From the NCBI GenBank assembly GCA_002421605.1, contig DISJ01000009.1, positions 125,326 through 189,325 of the forward strand: 64,000 bases of DNA, given 5' to 3'. Positions 47,247 through 58,994 of the stretch are shown piece after piece. The position numbers were made by a program, and so were the translations under genes. Under the pieces are notes generated by a model, which worked only from the letters and a program-made list of their open reading frames with translations, searched no databases and was not told where the DNA came from. The first letter of the stretch is position 1, and the number at the start of each line of letters is the position of its first letter. The stretch comes from Rhodobacteraceae bacterium UBA6213. GTDB taxonomy: Bacteria > Pseudomonadota > Alphaproteobacteria > Rhodobacterales > Rhodobacteraceae.

Positions 47247-48620
47247 ATGCTTGGCAACTATTGGGAAAAGACACGGGGCGAGCTTTTCCGCGTTTTGGGT
47301 GCAAATAATTTCTCCTGCTGGATCGAGCCGCTTTCGCTGGTGGCGCTGGATGATTCCATTGCAGCGATCGAAGCGCCCACGCGATTCATGTGCGACTGGG
47401 TTTCACGCAACTATTCGGAACATATCCTACGCGAGTTGAACGCCTCCGGCGCCAAGGCGGCGCGGCTGGATCTGCGCGTGGCCGCGCGGCGCGAGGCCAC
47501 CCCGGTCCCGCTCGCCGCCGTCGCCGCCCCCGCAGTAGAGGTGCAATCGCGCCGCGCCGCGCGTACGGGCGAAGGCGAATTGCTTGGGGCGCCGCTTGAT
47601 GCGCGCTTCACATTCGACAGTTTCGTTGTCGGCAAGCCCAACGAGCTTGCGCACGCTGCAGCACGCAGGGTGGCCGAAGGCGGGCCGGTAACCTTCAATC
47701 CGCTGTTTCTTTATGGCGGCGTCGGGTTGGGCAAAACGCACCTCATGCATGCCATTGCGCACGAGCTGAGCGCACAGCAGCCGGGCCTGCGTGTGCTGTA
47801 TCTTTCGGCCGAGCAGTTCATGTACCGCTTTGTTCTGGCACTTCGCGAACGCCAGATCATGGATTTCAAAGAGCTGTTCCGCTCGGTCGATGTGCTGATG
47901 GTCGATGACGTGCAGTTCATCGCCGGAAAAGACAGCACGCAAGACGAATTCTTCCATACTTTCAACGCACTCGTAGATCAGCGAAAACAGATCGTGATTT
48001 CCGCAGACCGCGCGCCGGGCGAGATCAAGGATCTTGAAGACCGAATCAAAAGCCGCCTGCAATGTGGACTTGTAGTTGATCTGCACCCTGCCGATTACGA
48101 ACTTCGCCTTGGCATCCTGCAAAGCAAGTCCGAGAACTATCGCAACCAGTATCCCGGATTGGTGCTTGCCGACGGCGTTCTGGAGTTTCTGGCGCATCGC
48201 ATCACCACCAACGTGCGCGTGCTTGAAGGCGCGCTGACGCGGCTTTTTGCCTTTGCCAGCCTCGTTGGGCGCGAGATTACGCTCGATCTGGCACAGGAAT
48301 GTCTTTCAGACATTTTGCGCGCATCGGACCGCAAGGTTTCGATCGAAGAAATTCAGCGCAGTGTGGCCGAACATTACAACGTGCGCCTGTCGGACTTGAT
48401 CGGCCCAAAGCGGGTGCGCACCATTGCTCGGCCGCGCCAGATCGCGATGTATCTGGCCAAGCAGATGACCACCCGCAGCCTGCCCGAAATTGGGCGCCGC
48501 TTTGGCGGGCGCGATCACACCACAATCATGCACGGCATCCGCAAGGTTGAAGAACTGAAAGGCGCAGACCATCAAATGGCCGAAGATATCGACCTTTTGC
48601 GCCGCTTGCTTGAGGCGTGA
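47247..48620 (+). CDS. dnaA: Chromosomal replication initiator protein DnaA
   Basis: Domain I WEKTRGELFRVLGANNFSCWIEPL, Walker A LFLYGGVGLGKTHL, box VII, and C-terminal DNA-binding RQIAMYLAKQMTTRSLPEIGRRFGGRDHTTIMH. I chose the ATG at 47247. Confidence 0.9.
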   Translation: MLGNYWEKTRGELFRVLGANNFSCWIEPLSLVALDDSIAAIEAPTRFMCDWVSRNYSEHILRELNASGAKAARLDLRVAARREATPVPLAAVAAPAVEVQSRRAARTGEGELLGAPLDARFTFDSFVVGKPNELAHAAARRVAEGGPVTFNPLFLYGGVGLGKTHLMHAIAHELSAQQPGLRVLYLSAEQFMYRFVLALRERQIMDFKELFRSVDVLMVDDVQFIAGKDSTQDEFFHTFNALVDQRKQIVISADRAPGEIKDLEDRIKSRLQCGLVVDLHPADYELRLGILQSKSENYRNQYPGLVLADGVLEFLAHRITTNVRVLEGALTRLFAFASLVGREITLDLAQECLSDILRASDRKVSIEEIQRSVAEHYNVRLSDLIGPKRVRTIARPRQIAMYLAKQMTTRSLPEIGRRFGGRDHTTIMHGIRKVEELKGADHQMAEDIDLLRRLLEA

Positions 48621-48682
48621 CGCTGCAAGGCCTTGACGGGCCGTCGATGGCATGGACAAGTCCTGAAAAATCTTGAGCCTGC

Positions 48683-48705
48683 GCGGAAAACTGCTAGTTT
48701 TCCGC
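48683..48705 (+). repeat. Perfect inverted repeat GCGGAAAAC-TGCTA-GTTTTCCGC (9-bp stem, 5-nt loop) between dnaA and dnaN
   Basis: Read directly. No T-tract follows it. It ends 23 nt before the dnaN ATG. Confidence 0.6.
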
Positions 48706-48728
48706 TCCGGTAGCCTTTGGGGGTAAAC

Positions 48729-49847
48729 ATGAAGATCAGCATCGAACGCGCGGCACTGCTGAAAGCGGTCGCACAGGCGCAATCGGTCGTGGAGCGGCGC
48801 AACACGATTCCGATCCTTGCAAACGTGCTGATCGAGGCAGAGGGCGCCACGGCGTCGTTCCGCGCCACCGATCTGGACATCGAGGTGGTGGACCGTGCGC
48901 CCGCCATGGTCGAACGCGCCGGAGCGACCACCGTTTCGGCGGTGATGCTGCACGAGATCGTGCGCAAGCTGCCCGATGGCGCGCTGATTAGCTTGGCGGA
49001 TGACCCGGCGACGGGGCGGCTTTCGGTGCAGGCGGGTCGCTCGCACTTCAACCTTGCAACGCTGCCGCGCGAAGATTTTCCGGTGATGACCACCACCGAA
49101 TACAGCGCCAATTTCTCGGCCCCCGCGCCGGTACTGCGGCGGCTGTTCGACAAGTCGAAGTTTGCGATTTCAACTGAAGAGACGCGCTACTATCTGAACG
49201 GCGTCTATATGCATGTATCACAAGGCGAAAACGGCCCGGTGCTGCGCTGCGTGGCAACCGATGGCCACCGCCTTGCTCGCATTGATGCACCCTTGCCCGA
49301 GGGCGCAGCAGGGATGCCCGGCGTGATCGTGCCGCGCAAGACCGTGGGCGAGATGCGAAAACTTCTGGAAGACGACGAGGCAATCATTGCCGTTTCCGTT
49401 TCCGAGACCAAGGTGCGCTTTGCCACCCCGACGATCACCTTGACCTCGAAGGTGATTGACGGAACCTTCCCCGACTACACGCGCGTCATTCCGGTGGGCA
49501 ACACGCGGCGGCTGGAAGTGGATGCGGCCGAGTTTGCCCGTGCGGTAGATCGGGTGGCGACGGTTTCATCCGAACGCTCGCGCGCGGTGAAGCTGAGCCT
49601 CGATGAAGACCGGCTGGTGCTTTCGGTGAACGCGCCCGACGCGGGTGCCGCTGAGGAAGAGCTGGCGGTGGCCTATGCGGACGAGCGGCTTGAGATCGGG
49701 TTCAACGCCAAGTATCTGCTGGAAATTGCAAGCCAAGTGGATCGCGAAAACGCGGTGTTCCTGTTCAATTCATCTGGAGATCCCACCTTGATGCGCGAGG
49801 GTAACGATACCTCGGCGGTCTATGTGGTCATGCCGATGCGGGTCTGA
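48729..49847 (+). CDS. dnaN: DNA polymerase III beta sliding clamp
   Basis: MKISIERAALLKAV...RNTIPILANVLIEA and a three-domain length of 372 aa. It follows dnaA. Confidence 0.95.
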   Translation: MKISIERAALLKAVAQAQSVVERRNTIPILANVLIEAEGATASFRATDLDIEVVDRAPAMVERAGATTVSAVMLHEIVRKLPDGALISLADDPATGRLSVQAGRSHFNLATLPREDFPVMTTTEYSANFSAPAPVLRRLFDKSKFAISTEETRYYLNGVYMHVSQGENGPVLRCVATDGHRLARIDAPLPEGAAGMPGVIVPRKTVGEMRKLLEDDEAIIAVSVSETKVRFATPTITLTSKVIDGTFPDYTRVIPVGNTRRLEVDAAEFARAVDRVATVSSERSRAVKLSLDEDRLVLSVNAPDAGAAEEELAVAYADERLEIGFNAKYLLEIASQVDRENAVFLFNSSGDPTLMREGNDTSAVYVVMPMRV

Positions 49848-49905
49848 CCGGGCTTCGCCCGGTGCCTGCGGCGCGGATATTTGGCCTGAAGCAGGGGAAG
49901 GTGCC

Positions 49906-50976
49906 ATGCTGACCCGGCTGACGCTGTTACAGTTTCGCTCGCACCCGCATCTTGAGCTTGTGCTCGATGGGCGGCCGGTGGCGATTTACGGCGCGAACGG
50001 GGCGGGCAAGACAAATATTCTGGAAGCGGTGTCGATGCTATCGCCGGGGCGCGGCTTGCGGCGCGCGGGTGCGGACGAGTTGGCGCGCCGGCCGGGGGAG
50101 CTCGGCTGGAAGATCCGTGCAGAGCTGACGGTGGGCGGGGTTGGGCACGAGATCGAAACGTTCGCCGCGCCGAGTGGTGCGCGCGAGGTGTGGATTGATA
50201 GCAAGTCTGCGGCACAGGTCGCGCTGGGGCGGCTGATGCGGGTGATCTGGCTGGTTCCTGCGATGGACCGGCTTTGGATCGAGGCAGCGGAGGGGCGGCG
50301 GCGATTTCTGGACCGTTTGACGATGGCGTTTCGGCCGGGGCACGGCGAAGACGTGCTCGCCTATGAAAAGGCCATGCGTGAGCGAAACAGGCTTTTGAAA
50401 GACATGGTGCGCGATTCGGTTTGGTATGGGGCGTTGGAAGCGCAGATGGCGGCTTCGGGGGCTGCTATCAACGAAAACCGGGCGGCGGCTTTGGCGCGGA
50501 TTACGAACGCGCAGCAAGGGGCGACGACGGCATTTCCGGCGCCCGATCTGGCGCTTGAAGGCGAGGGGTCGGCGGATCTTTTGGCGGCGCTTGCCGAGGG
50601 GCGGGCGCGGGACATGGCGGCGGGGCGCACGCTGGAGGGGCCGCATCGGGCCGATCTGATCGCGCATCACGCGGCCAAGGCGATGCCTGCGGCGCAGGCC
50701 TCGACTGGCGAGCAGAAGGCGTTGCTGATTTCGGTGATTCTTGCCAATGCGCGGGCCTTGGCGCAGGATACGGGCAGCCCGCCGATTTTATTGCTGGACG
50801 AGGTGGCGGCGCATCTGGACGGGGGGCGCAGGGCGGCGCTGTTTGACGAGATTTGCGCGCTTGGGGTGCAGGCTTTCATGACCGGGACGGGGGCGGAGCT
50901 TTTTGGCGAACTGGGCGGGCGGGCGCAGCAGTTCGAGCTGCGCGAAGGGGCGGGTGTCTGGCCGGTTTCGGCTTAG
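49906..50976 (+). CDS. recF: DNA replication and repair protein RecF
   Basis: LTLLQFRSH, Walker A IYGANGAGKTNILEA, signature SxGEQK (STGEQKALL), Walker B ILLLDEVAAHLD. Confidence 0.9.
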   Translation: MLTRLTLLQFRSHPHLELVLDGRPVAIYGANGAGKTNILEAVSMLSPGRGLRRAGADELARRPGELGWKIRAELTVGGVGHEIETFAAPSGAREVWIDSKSAAQVALGRLMRVIWLVPAMDRLWIEAAEGRRRFLDRLTMAFRPGHGEDVLAYEKAMRERNRLLKDMVRDSVWYGALEAQMAASGAAINENRAAALARITNAQQGATTAFPAPDLALEGEGSADLLAALAEGRARDMAAGRTLEGPHRADLIAHHAAKAMPAAQASTGEQKALLISVILANARALAQDTGSPPILLLDEVAAHLDGGRRAALFDEICALGVQAFMTGTGAELFGELGGRAQQFELREGAGVWPVSA

Positions 50977-50978
50977 CA

Positions 50979-50992
50979 TAACACGCGTGTTA
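50979..50992. repeat. Perfect 14-bp palindrome TAACACGCGTGTTA, flanked by outer arms TTAGCA (50973-50978) and TGCTAA (50997-51002)
   Basis: Read directly. It begins 3 nt after the recF stop, at the edge of a ~70-bp AT-rich island. Function is unknown. Confidence 0.9.
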
Positions 50993-51084
50993 GAATTGCT
51001 AATTGACTGTTTTTATTACGCATAAATGCCCTCATTAACGCTTTGGAAAGACTCGCCGCGCACTGGCGGCAGCAAGGGGGATGT

Positions 51085-51516
51085 ATGACACCGCAGCGCG
51101 TAACGCTCATCACACTTGGCGTGGACGATCTGGCCAGGTCACGGGCGTTTTATGAGGCTTGGGGCTGGCAGATCGCGTCGGCGCAGGACGGGGTGGTGTT
51201 CTTTCAGATGCTGGGCGCAGTGCTGGCGTTGTTTGGGCGCGCCGATCTTGCCGCCGATCAGGGCAGGCCGGGAACAGTGCTTGGAACCGGCGCCATGACA
51301 CTGGCACAGAACTTTGCCACGACGGCAGAGGTGGACGCAGCCTTTGCCCGCGCGCTTGCCGGCGGAGCGCGCGAACTCAAAGCCCCACAGGAGGTTTTCT
51401 GGGGTGGGTATTCGGGCTATTTCGCCGACCCTGACGGGCATGTGTGGGAACTTGCGATGAACCCGTTTTGGCCCTTGGCCGATGATGGCAGCCTGACCTT
51501 GCCAGACGCTGGATAA
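51085..51516 (+). CDS. VOC (glyoxalase/bleomycin-resistance/dioxygenase) family protein
   Basis: VTLITLGVDDLARSRAFYEAWGW and C-terminal YFADPDGHVWELAMNP. Confidence 0.75.
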   Translation: MTPQRVTLITLGVDDLARSRAFYEAWGWQIASAQDGVVFFQMLGAVLALFGRADLAADQGRPGTVLGTGAMTLAQNFATTAEVDAAFARALAGGARELKAPQEVFWGGYSGYFADPDGHVWELAMNPFWPLADDGSLTLPDAG

Positions 51517-51580
51517 TTGCCCCGCGCGCGTGACATTGCGCCCCCTATCCCCTATAAGCGGACGACAAGATCCAAGGTAG

Positions 51581-54007
<2,427 letters not shown>

Positions 54008-54189
54008 CCTGTGCAGGGGCGGCGGTGCCTTTGTCATCGCCGCCTTGGGGCGCGGTACTCGGGTTATATGCGCCATGCGTTTGGCGCGACGGTACATCCC
54101 GCGCTTTGGTATGGTTCACCTCGCCTTGGCGCAGTAAGCTGCGGGCGGCCGGTAAGGTCCGGTCACTTATTGCTGCGAAAGGGACCGCG

Positions 54190-55452
54190 ATGTCGAGCAA
54201 CACTCCTGCAAAAGATAAGGAACGCGAGGCAGCGCACGGCGAGATGATGCCGCTGGCGGACGCCATTGCGCTTGCGCTGGACGGCGTGGCACCGATTGGC
54301 GCGGTTGAAACCGTGAATCTGGCCGAGGCACTGGGCCGGTTTTGCGCCAAGGCCGTTGCCGCCCCCGCCGCGATGCCCTTTTTCGACAACTCTGCGATGG
54401 ATGGCTATGCGCTTCGGTTGGCTGATCTGGAGGGCACCGATACGCTGCCGATTTCGGCCACGATTGCGGCGGGTGCGGCACCGTCCGAGCTGATGCCAAA
54501 AACCGCCGCGCGCATCTTTACCGGCGCGCCGCTGCCTGCGGGTGCCGATGCCATCGCGGTCAGCGAGCATTGCACCGAACTGGGGGAAACCGTCCGGTTT
54601 GATCGTGCCCCCAAGCCCGGCGCCAACATTCGCATTACCGGAAGCGATCAGCCGCTGGGTGCAAGGCTGGTTACGCCCGGTCAGCGGCTTGGCGCGCGCC
54701 ACATTGGCCTGCTTGCCGCCAATGGGATCGAGAGTGTTTCGGTCGCACGAAGGCCTCGCGTTGGCGTTTTTTCGACGGGTGACGAGCTTGCCAAAGGTGT
54801 TCGTGGCCCCGGTGCGATCCATGATGCCAACCGCCCCATGCTGATTGCGCTTGCCCGCGCTGCGGGGGCCGAGGCGTGTGATCTTGGGATTTTGCCCGAT
54901 GACCTTGGCGCGACCACCCGCGCGTTTGAGGGCCTTGCCGACAAGTTCGATCTGGTGCTGACCTCGGGCGCGGTGTCGGTGGGGGGGCGCGACCATGTGC
55001 GCTCGGCGCTGATTGCGGCGGGCGGGCAGCTTGATGGCTGGCGCGTGGCGATCAAGCCCGGCAAGCCGGTTGCCTTTGGGCGGATTGGCGCAAGTGCGAT
55101 TACTGGGCTACCCGGCAACCCCTTTGCCTCATTCGTCGGTTTTCATCTTTTTGCGGCGCCGCAGATTGCGCGCCTGGCCGGGGGCACCGCACCCAAATTT
55201 GCCACAACACCTGCGCGCGCGGGCTTTGAATGGCACCGAAAGCCTGATCGGGCAGAGGTGTTTCCGGTGCATCTAGCCGGGTATGATGATGCGGGCGCGC
55301 CCATTCTCGAGCGCCTTGGCAATAGTGCCTCGGCCACGCTGTTTCCGCTGACCGAGGCGGACGGGCTTGCTCTTATCCCTGCTACGACAGAGCGTGTTTC
55401 GCATGGCGATATGCTTTTCTGGCAACCCTTTTGCGATGGTCGCGTGGTATGA
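54190..55452 (+). CDS. moeA: Molybdopterin molybdenumtransferase MoeA
   Basis: MPFFDNSAMDGYALR, VFSTGDEL, LTSGAVSVGGRDHV, VAIKPGKPVAFG, GLPGNPFASFV. I chose the ATG at 54190, but the start is uncertain. Confidence 0.85.
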   Translation: MSSNTPAKDKEREAAHGEMMPLADAIALALDGVAPIGAVETVNLAEALGRFCAKAVAAPAAMPFFDNSAMDGYALRLADLEGTDTLPISATIAAGAAPSELMPKTAARIFTGAPLPAGADAIAVSEHCTELGETVRFDRAPKPGANIRITGSDQPLGARLVTPGQRLGARHIGLLAANGIESVSVARRPRVGVFSTGDELAKGVRGPGAIHDANRPMLIALARAAGAEACDLGILPDDLGATTRAFEGLADKFDLVLTSGAVSVGGRDHVRSALIAAGGQLDGWRVAIKPGKPVAFGRIGASAITGLPGNPFASFVGFHLFAAPQIARLAGGTAPKFATTPARAGFEWHRKPDRAEVFPVHLAGYDDAGAPILERLGNSASATLFPLTEADGLALIPATTERVSHGDMLFWQPFCDGRVV

Positions 55453-55958
55453 CCCGCACCCCGCTGGCGGCGATTCGCTTTGAAGATGAGGAAATTGACG
55501 CGCTGCTCGGCGCCGTTGCCGCGGAACTGGCAGATGCGGGCTGGCGGCTTGCCGGGGTCATCCAGTCGCGCGGGGGCACCAACGCAGAAAGCGATTGCGC
55601 AGCCATGAACCTAACCTCGCTTGCAACCAGCGAGGTGTTTTGCATTTCGCAAAACCTTGGGCGCGATTCGGAGGGTTGTCGGCTGCATCTTGGTGAACTT
55701 GGCAAATGCGCAAAGGCGATTGAAGCAGATCTGGCGCAAGCGCCCGATCTGTTGGTGCTGAGCCGGTTTGGCCGTGGCGAAATTGAAGGGGGCGGCTTTC
55801 GTGACCTGATCGCCCACGCGCTTGCGGCGGGGATTCCGGTGCTGGCTGGCGTGCGCCAAGACCACGCCGAAGCCTGGGCCGATTTTTGCGGTGATTTTGG
55901 CTGCGATCTGCCGTTCGAAAAGGACGCAGCACTAGAGTGGGCGCGGGCAGAAGGCTAA
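55449..55958 (+). CDS. DUF2478-like small protein (family assigned from memory), coupled to moeA
   Basis: ATGA overlap with the moeA stop. 169 aa. The pattern [10 protein letters not shown]...[36 protein letters not shown] is typical of this conserved family. Confidence 0.55.
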   Translation: MTRTPLAAIRFEDEEIDALLGAVAAELADAGWRLAGVIQSRGGTNAESDCAAMNLTSLATSEVFCISQNLGRDSEGCRLHLGELGKCAKAIEADLAQAPDLLVLSRFGRGEIEGGGFRDLIAHALAAGIPVLAGVRQDHAEAWADFCGDFGCDLPFEKDAALEWARAEG

Positions 55959-57865
55959 GCCCGCCGCGCCACCTTGACGCCCAGCACCTCTAGCACCTTC
56001 GCCTCGATCTGCGGGGCGTTCATGGCGGCGGAGGCATACATGTCTTCGGGCGAGGAATGGTCGATGAACGTGTCAGGCAACACCATGCTGCGGAAGCGGT
56101 AGCCGCGATCGAAGATGCCTTCTTCGGCCAAAAGCTGTGCAACATGGCTACCAAAGCCGCCGATTGCGCCTTCTTCCACGGTAATCAGCGCCTCGTGCCC
56201 GGCCACCAGCCGCAGAATCAGTTCGCGATCGAGCGGTTTGGCAAAGCGGGCATCAGCGACGGTGGGGGCAAGGCCACGCGCGGCCAGCGCCTCACGCGCT
56301 TTCAGCACCTCGCCAAGACGGGTGCCGAAAGACAGGATCGCCACGCGCCCGCCCTCGGCCACGATACGGCCACGGCCGATTTCCAAGGGCACGCCTTTGG
56401 TGGGCATTTCGACGCCAGTGCCCTCGCCGCGCGGATAGCGGAAGGCGATCGGGCCGGAGTCATGCGACACGGCAGTGGCGACCATATGCACCAGTTCCGC
56501 CTCATCCGCCGCGGCCATCACCACGAAGCCCGGCAGATTGGCCAGAAACGCCACATCAAAGGCGCCCGCGTGGGTTGCACCATCTGCCCCTACAAGCCCG
56601 GCGCGGTCGATGGCAAAGCGCACTGGCAGGCGCTGAATGGCAACATCGTGCACGATCTGATCAAAGCCGCGTTGCAGGAAGGTGGAATACAGCGTGCAGA
56701 AAGGTTTTAGCCCGCCCGCCGCCATACCGGCCGAAAAGGTGACCGCGTGCTGTTCGGCAATGCCCACATCAAAGCAGCGGCGCGGGAAGCGCTTGGCGAA
56801 CAGATCAAGGCCAGTGCCCTCGGGCATGGCGGCGGTGACGGCGACGATCTTTTCGTCACGCTCGGCCTCGGCCAGAAGGCTTTGGGCAAAAACCTTGGTG
56901 TAGCTTGGCGCGTTTGATGCGGCCTTGGTTTGCACGCCGGTCAGCACGTTGAACTTGGCGGTGGCGTGGCCACGGTCAGCGGCGCTTTCGGCCGGGGCGT
57001 AACCTTTGCCCTTTTTGGTCACGACATGAATCAGCATCGGTCCGGTGGCCCGCACCTTGACGGTGCGCAGCAGCGGCAAAAGCTGATCGAGGTCGTGCCC
57101 ATCGACAGGGCCGACATAGGTAAAGCCCAGTTCCTCGAACAGGGTGCCGCCCACTGTCATGCCTTTCAGCATTTCCTTGGCGCGGCGTGCGCCTTCTTGC
57201 AGACCCTCTGGCAACAGGCTGACCGCGCCTTTGGCGGCTGCCTTCAGATCCTGATAGGGGCCGCCCGCATAAAGCCGCGTGAGATATGATGAAAGTGCGC
57301 CAACCGGCGGGGCGATCGACATTTCGTTATCGTTCAGCACCACGAACAGGCGCTTGCCAAGGTGGCCCGCGTTGTTCATCGCCTCAAATGCCATGCCCGC
57401 GCTCATCGCGCCGTCACCGATAACGGCAATCGCATCCCCCGCGTCGCCGCCCAGATCGCGCGCCACGGCAAGGCCTAGCGCGGCCGAGATGGAGGTAGAG
57501 CTGTGGCCCGCGCCGAACGGGTCATAGGCGCTTTCCGAGCGTTTGGTAAAACCCGAAAGCCCGCCCTTCTGGCGCAGGGTGCGGATCCGGTCGCGCCGGC
57601 CGGTCAGGATTTTGTGCGGATAGCACTGATGCCCGACATCCCAGATGATCTTGTCGCGCGGCGCGTCAAAGACGGCGTGCAGCGCCACGGTCAGTTCAAC
57701 CACGCCGAGCCCCGCACCAAGGTGGCCACCTGTAACCGACACCGCCGAAATCGTCTCGGCGCGAAGTTCGTCGGCTAGCTGACGCAACTCTCGGTCGGTG
57801 AGGGCCTTGAGGTCCGAGGGCAGGCGCACACGGTCAAGCATGGGGGTAGTTGGGCGGTCAGTCAT
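55955..57865 (-). CDS. dxs: 1-deoxy-D-xylulose-5-phosphate synthase
   Basis: [32 protein letters not shown], ThDP motif [24 protein letters not shown] lies upstream of the ATG at 57865. Confidence 0.95.
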   Translation of the reverse strand: MTDRPTTPMLDRVRLPSDLKALTDRELRQLADELRAETISAVSVTGGHLGAGLGVVELTVALHAVFDAPRDKIIWDVGHQCYPHKILTGRRDRIRTLRQKGGLSGFTKRSESAYDPFGAGHSSTSISAALGLAVARDLGGDAGDAIAVIGDGAMSAGMAFEAMNNAGHLGKRLFVVLNDNEMSIAPPVGALSSYLTRLYAGGPYQDLKAAAKGAVSLLPEGLQEGARRAKEMLKGMTVGGTLFEELGFTYVGPVDGHDLDQLLPLLRTVKVRATGPMLIHVVTKKGKGYAPAESAADRGHATAKFNVLTGVQTKAASNAPSYTKVFAQSLLAEAERDEKIVAVTAAMPEGTGLDLFAKRFPRRCFDVGIAEQHAVTFSAGMAAGGLKPFCTLYSTFLQRGFDQIVHDVAIQRLPVRFAIDRAGLVGADGATHAGAFDVAFLANLPGFVVMAAADEAELVHMVATAVSHDSGPIAFRYPRGEGTGVEMPTKGVPLEIGRGRIVAEGGRVAILSFGTRLGEVLKAREALAARGLAPTVADARFAKPLDRELILRLVAGHEALITVEEGAIGGFGSHVAQLLAEEGIFDRGYRFRSMVLPDTFIDHSSPEDMYASAAMNAPQIEAKVLEVLGVKVARRA

Positions 57866-57884
57866 TCGCGGCCCTCCGGGGGCG

Positions 57885-58751
57885 TCAGGTTTGCCGGGAG
57901 ATAACGAAACGCGCGGCATCCCGCAAGGTTTGCGCCTTTGCGCCGTAGGGCGCAAGCGCTGCGCAGGCATCTTCGACAAGAGCCGCCGCACGGGCGCGCG
58001 CGCCATCAAGGCCCAGCAGGGTTACGAATGTGGCCTTGCCAGCCTGCGCATCCTTGCCCAGCCGCTTGCCTGCCTGCGCCTCGGTCCCGGTCACATCAAG
58101 GATGTCATCGGCGATCTGAAACGCAAGGCCAAGTGCGCTGGCGTAGGCAACAAGGGGGGCGCGCTCGGCCCCTGCCAGTATCGCCCCCGCCTCTGCTGCA
58201 AAGGAAATGAGCGCGCCGGTCTTGCCTGCCTGCAGCGTGGTAATTTCGGCTAATGTCAGCGGCGCGGGCGCGGTTTCTGCCTCTATGTCAAGCGCTTGCC
58301 CATAGACCATTCCCGCCGCACCCGAGGCGCGGGCGAGGGCTGCGATCAGTGCGATGCGGTGCGCGGGCGGCCCGAGCGCGGGGTCGCAGCAGAGATCAAA
58401 GGCCAGCGCTTGCAGCGCATCGCCCGCGAGCACCGCAGTTGCCTCATCCCATTTCACATGCACGGTGGGCTGACCGCGGCGCAGATCATCGTTATCCATC
58501 GAGGGCAGATCGTCATGAACCAGGCTGTAGGCGTGCAGCGACTCAACCGCGGCGGCGGCGGGCATGGCCTGCGCCGCGCCCAAGCCGTACAATGCCGCAC
58601 TTTCGAGCACCAGAAAAGCGCGCAGCCGCTTGCCGCCTTTGGCCGCGTAGCCCATCGCATCGCGCAATTGGCCGCTTGGAAGTTGTGCCAAGGCGGCATC
58701 AAGCGCGTCTTGCACGCCGCGCTGCGCCGCCGCCAGCCGTTCGGGGAACAT
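57885..58751 (-). CDS. ispA: (2E,6E)-farnesyl diphosphate synthase (polyprenyl synthetase family)
   Basis: First Asp-rich motif [17 protein letters not shown] and second FQIADDILD. Conserved xseB-ispA-dxs order. Confidence 0.85.
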   Translation of the reverse strand: MFPERLAAAQRGVQDALDAALAQLPSGQLRDAMGYAAKGGKRLRAFLVLESAALYGLGAAQAMPAAAAVESLHAYSLVHDDLPSMDNDDLRRGQPTVHVKWDEATAVLAGDALQALAFDLCCDPALGPPAHRIALIAALARASGAAGMVYGQALDIEAETAPAPLTLAEITTLQAGKTGALISFAAEAGAILAGAERAPLVAYASALGLAFQIADDILDVTGTEAQAGKRLGKDAQAGKATFVTLLGLDGARARAAALVEDACAALAPYGAKAQTLRDAARFVISRQT

Positions 58752-58994
58752 CTAGAGCCCCGACACCGGCGTGGCACCCGTGGGCGCCCCGTTTTCACCA
58801 AGCGTGATCTTTTCCACCCGCTCTTCAGCGGCCTTCAACAGAGCCTCGCAATGCGCCTTGAGGGCTGCGCCGCGTTCGTAAAGCGTGATCGACTGGTCCA
58901 GCGATACCGACCCCTGCTCGAGATCGCGCACGACCTTTTCCAGCGCCGCCATCGCGTCTTCAAAGTTCATCGCCGCTATTTCGGTCATCGTCAC
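58752..58994 (-). CDS. xseB: Exodeoxyribonuclease VII small subunit
   Basis: FEDAMAALEKVVRDLEQGSVSLDQSITLYERGAALKAHCEALL. Possible starts are 58994, 58988 or 58970. Confidence 0.85.
   Translation of the reverse strand: MTMTEIAAMNFEDAMAALEKVVRDLEQGSVSLDQSITLYERGAALKAHCEALLKAAEERVEKITLGENGAPTGATPVSGL

Noticed and set aside
54008-54189. Possible Moco riboswitch or terminator structure in the gyrB-moeA spacer
   Set aside because: I only see a weak hairpin, GGCGGCG-N13-CGCCGCC (54018-54044), that may end gyrB. I could not recognise the conserved Moco-riboswitch core. The true moeA start is also uncertain, so the spacer may be shorter than it looks.
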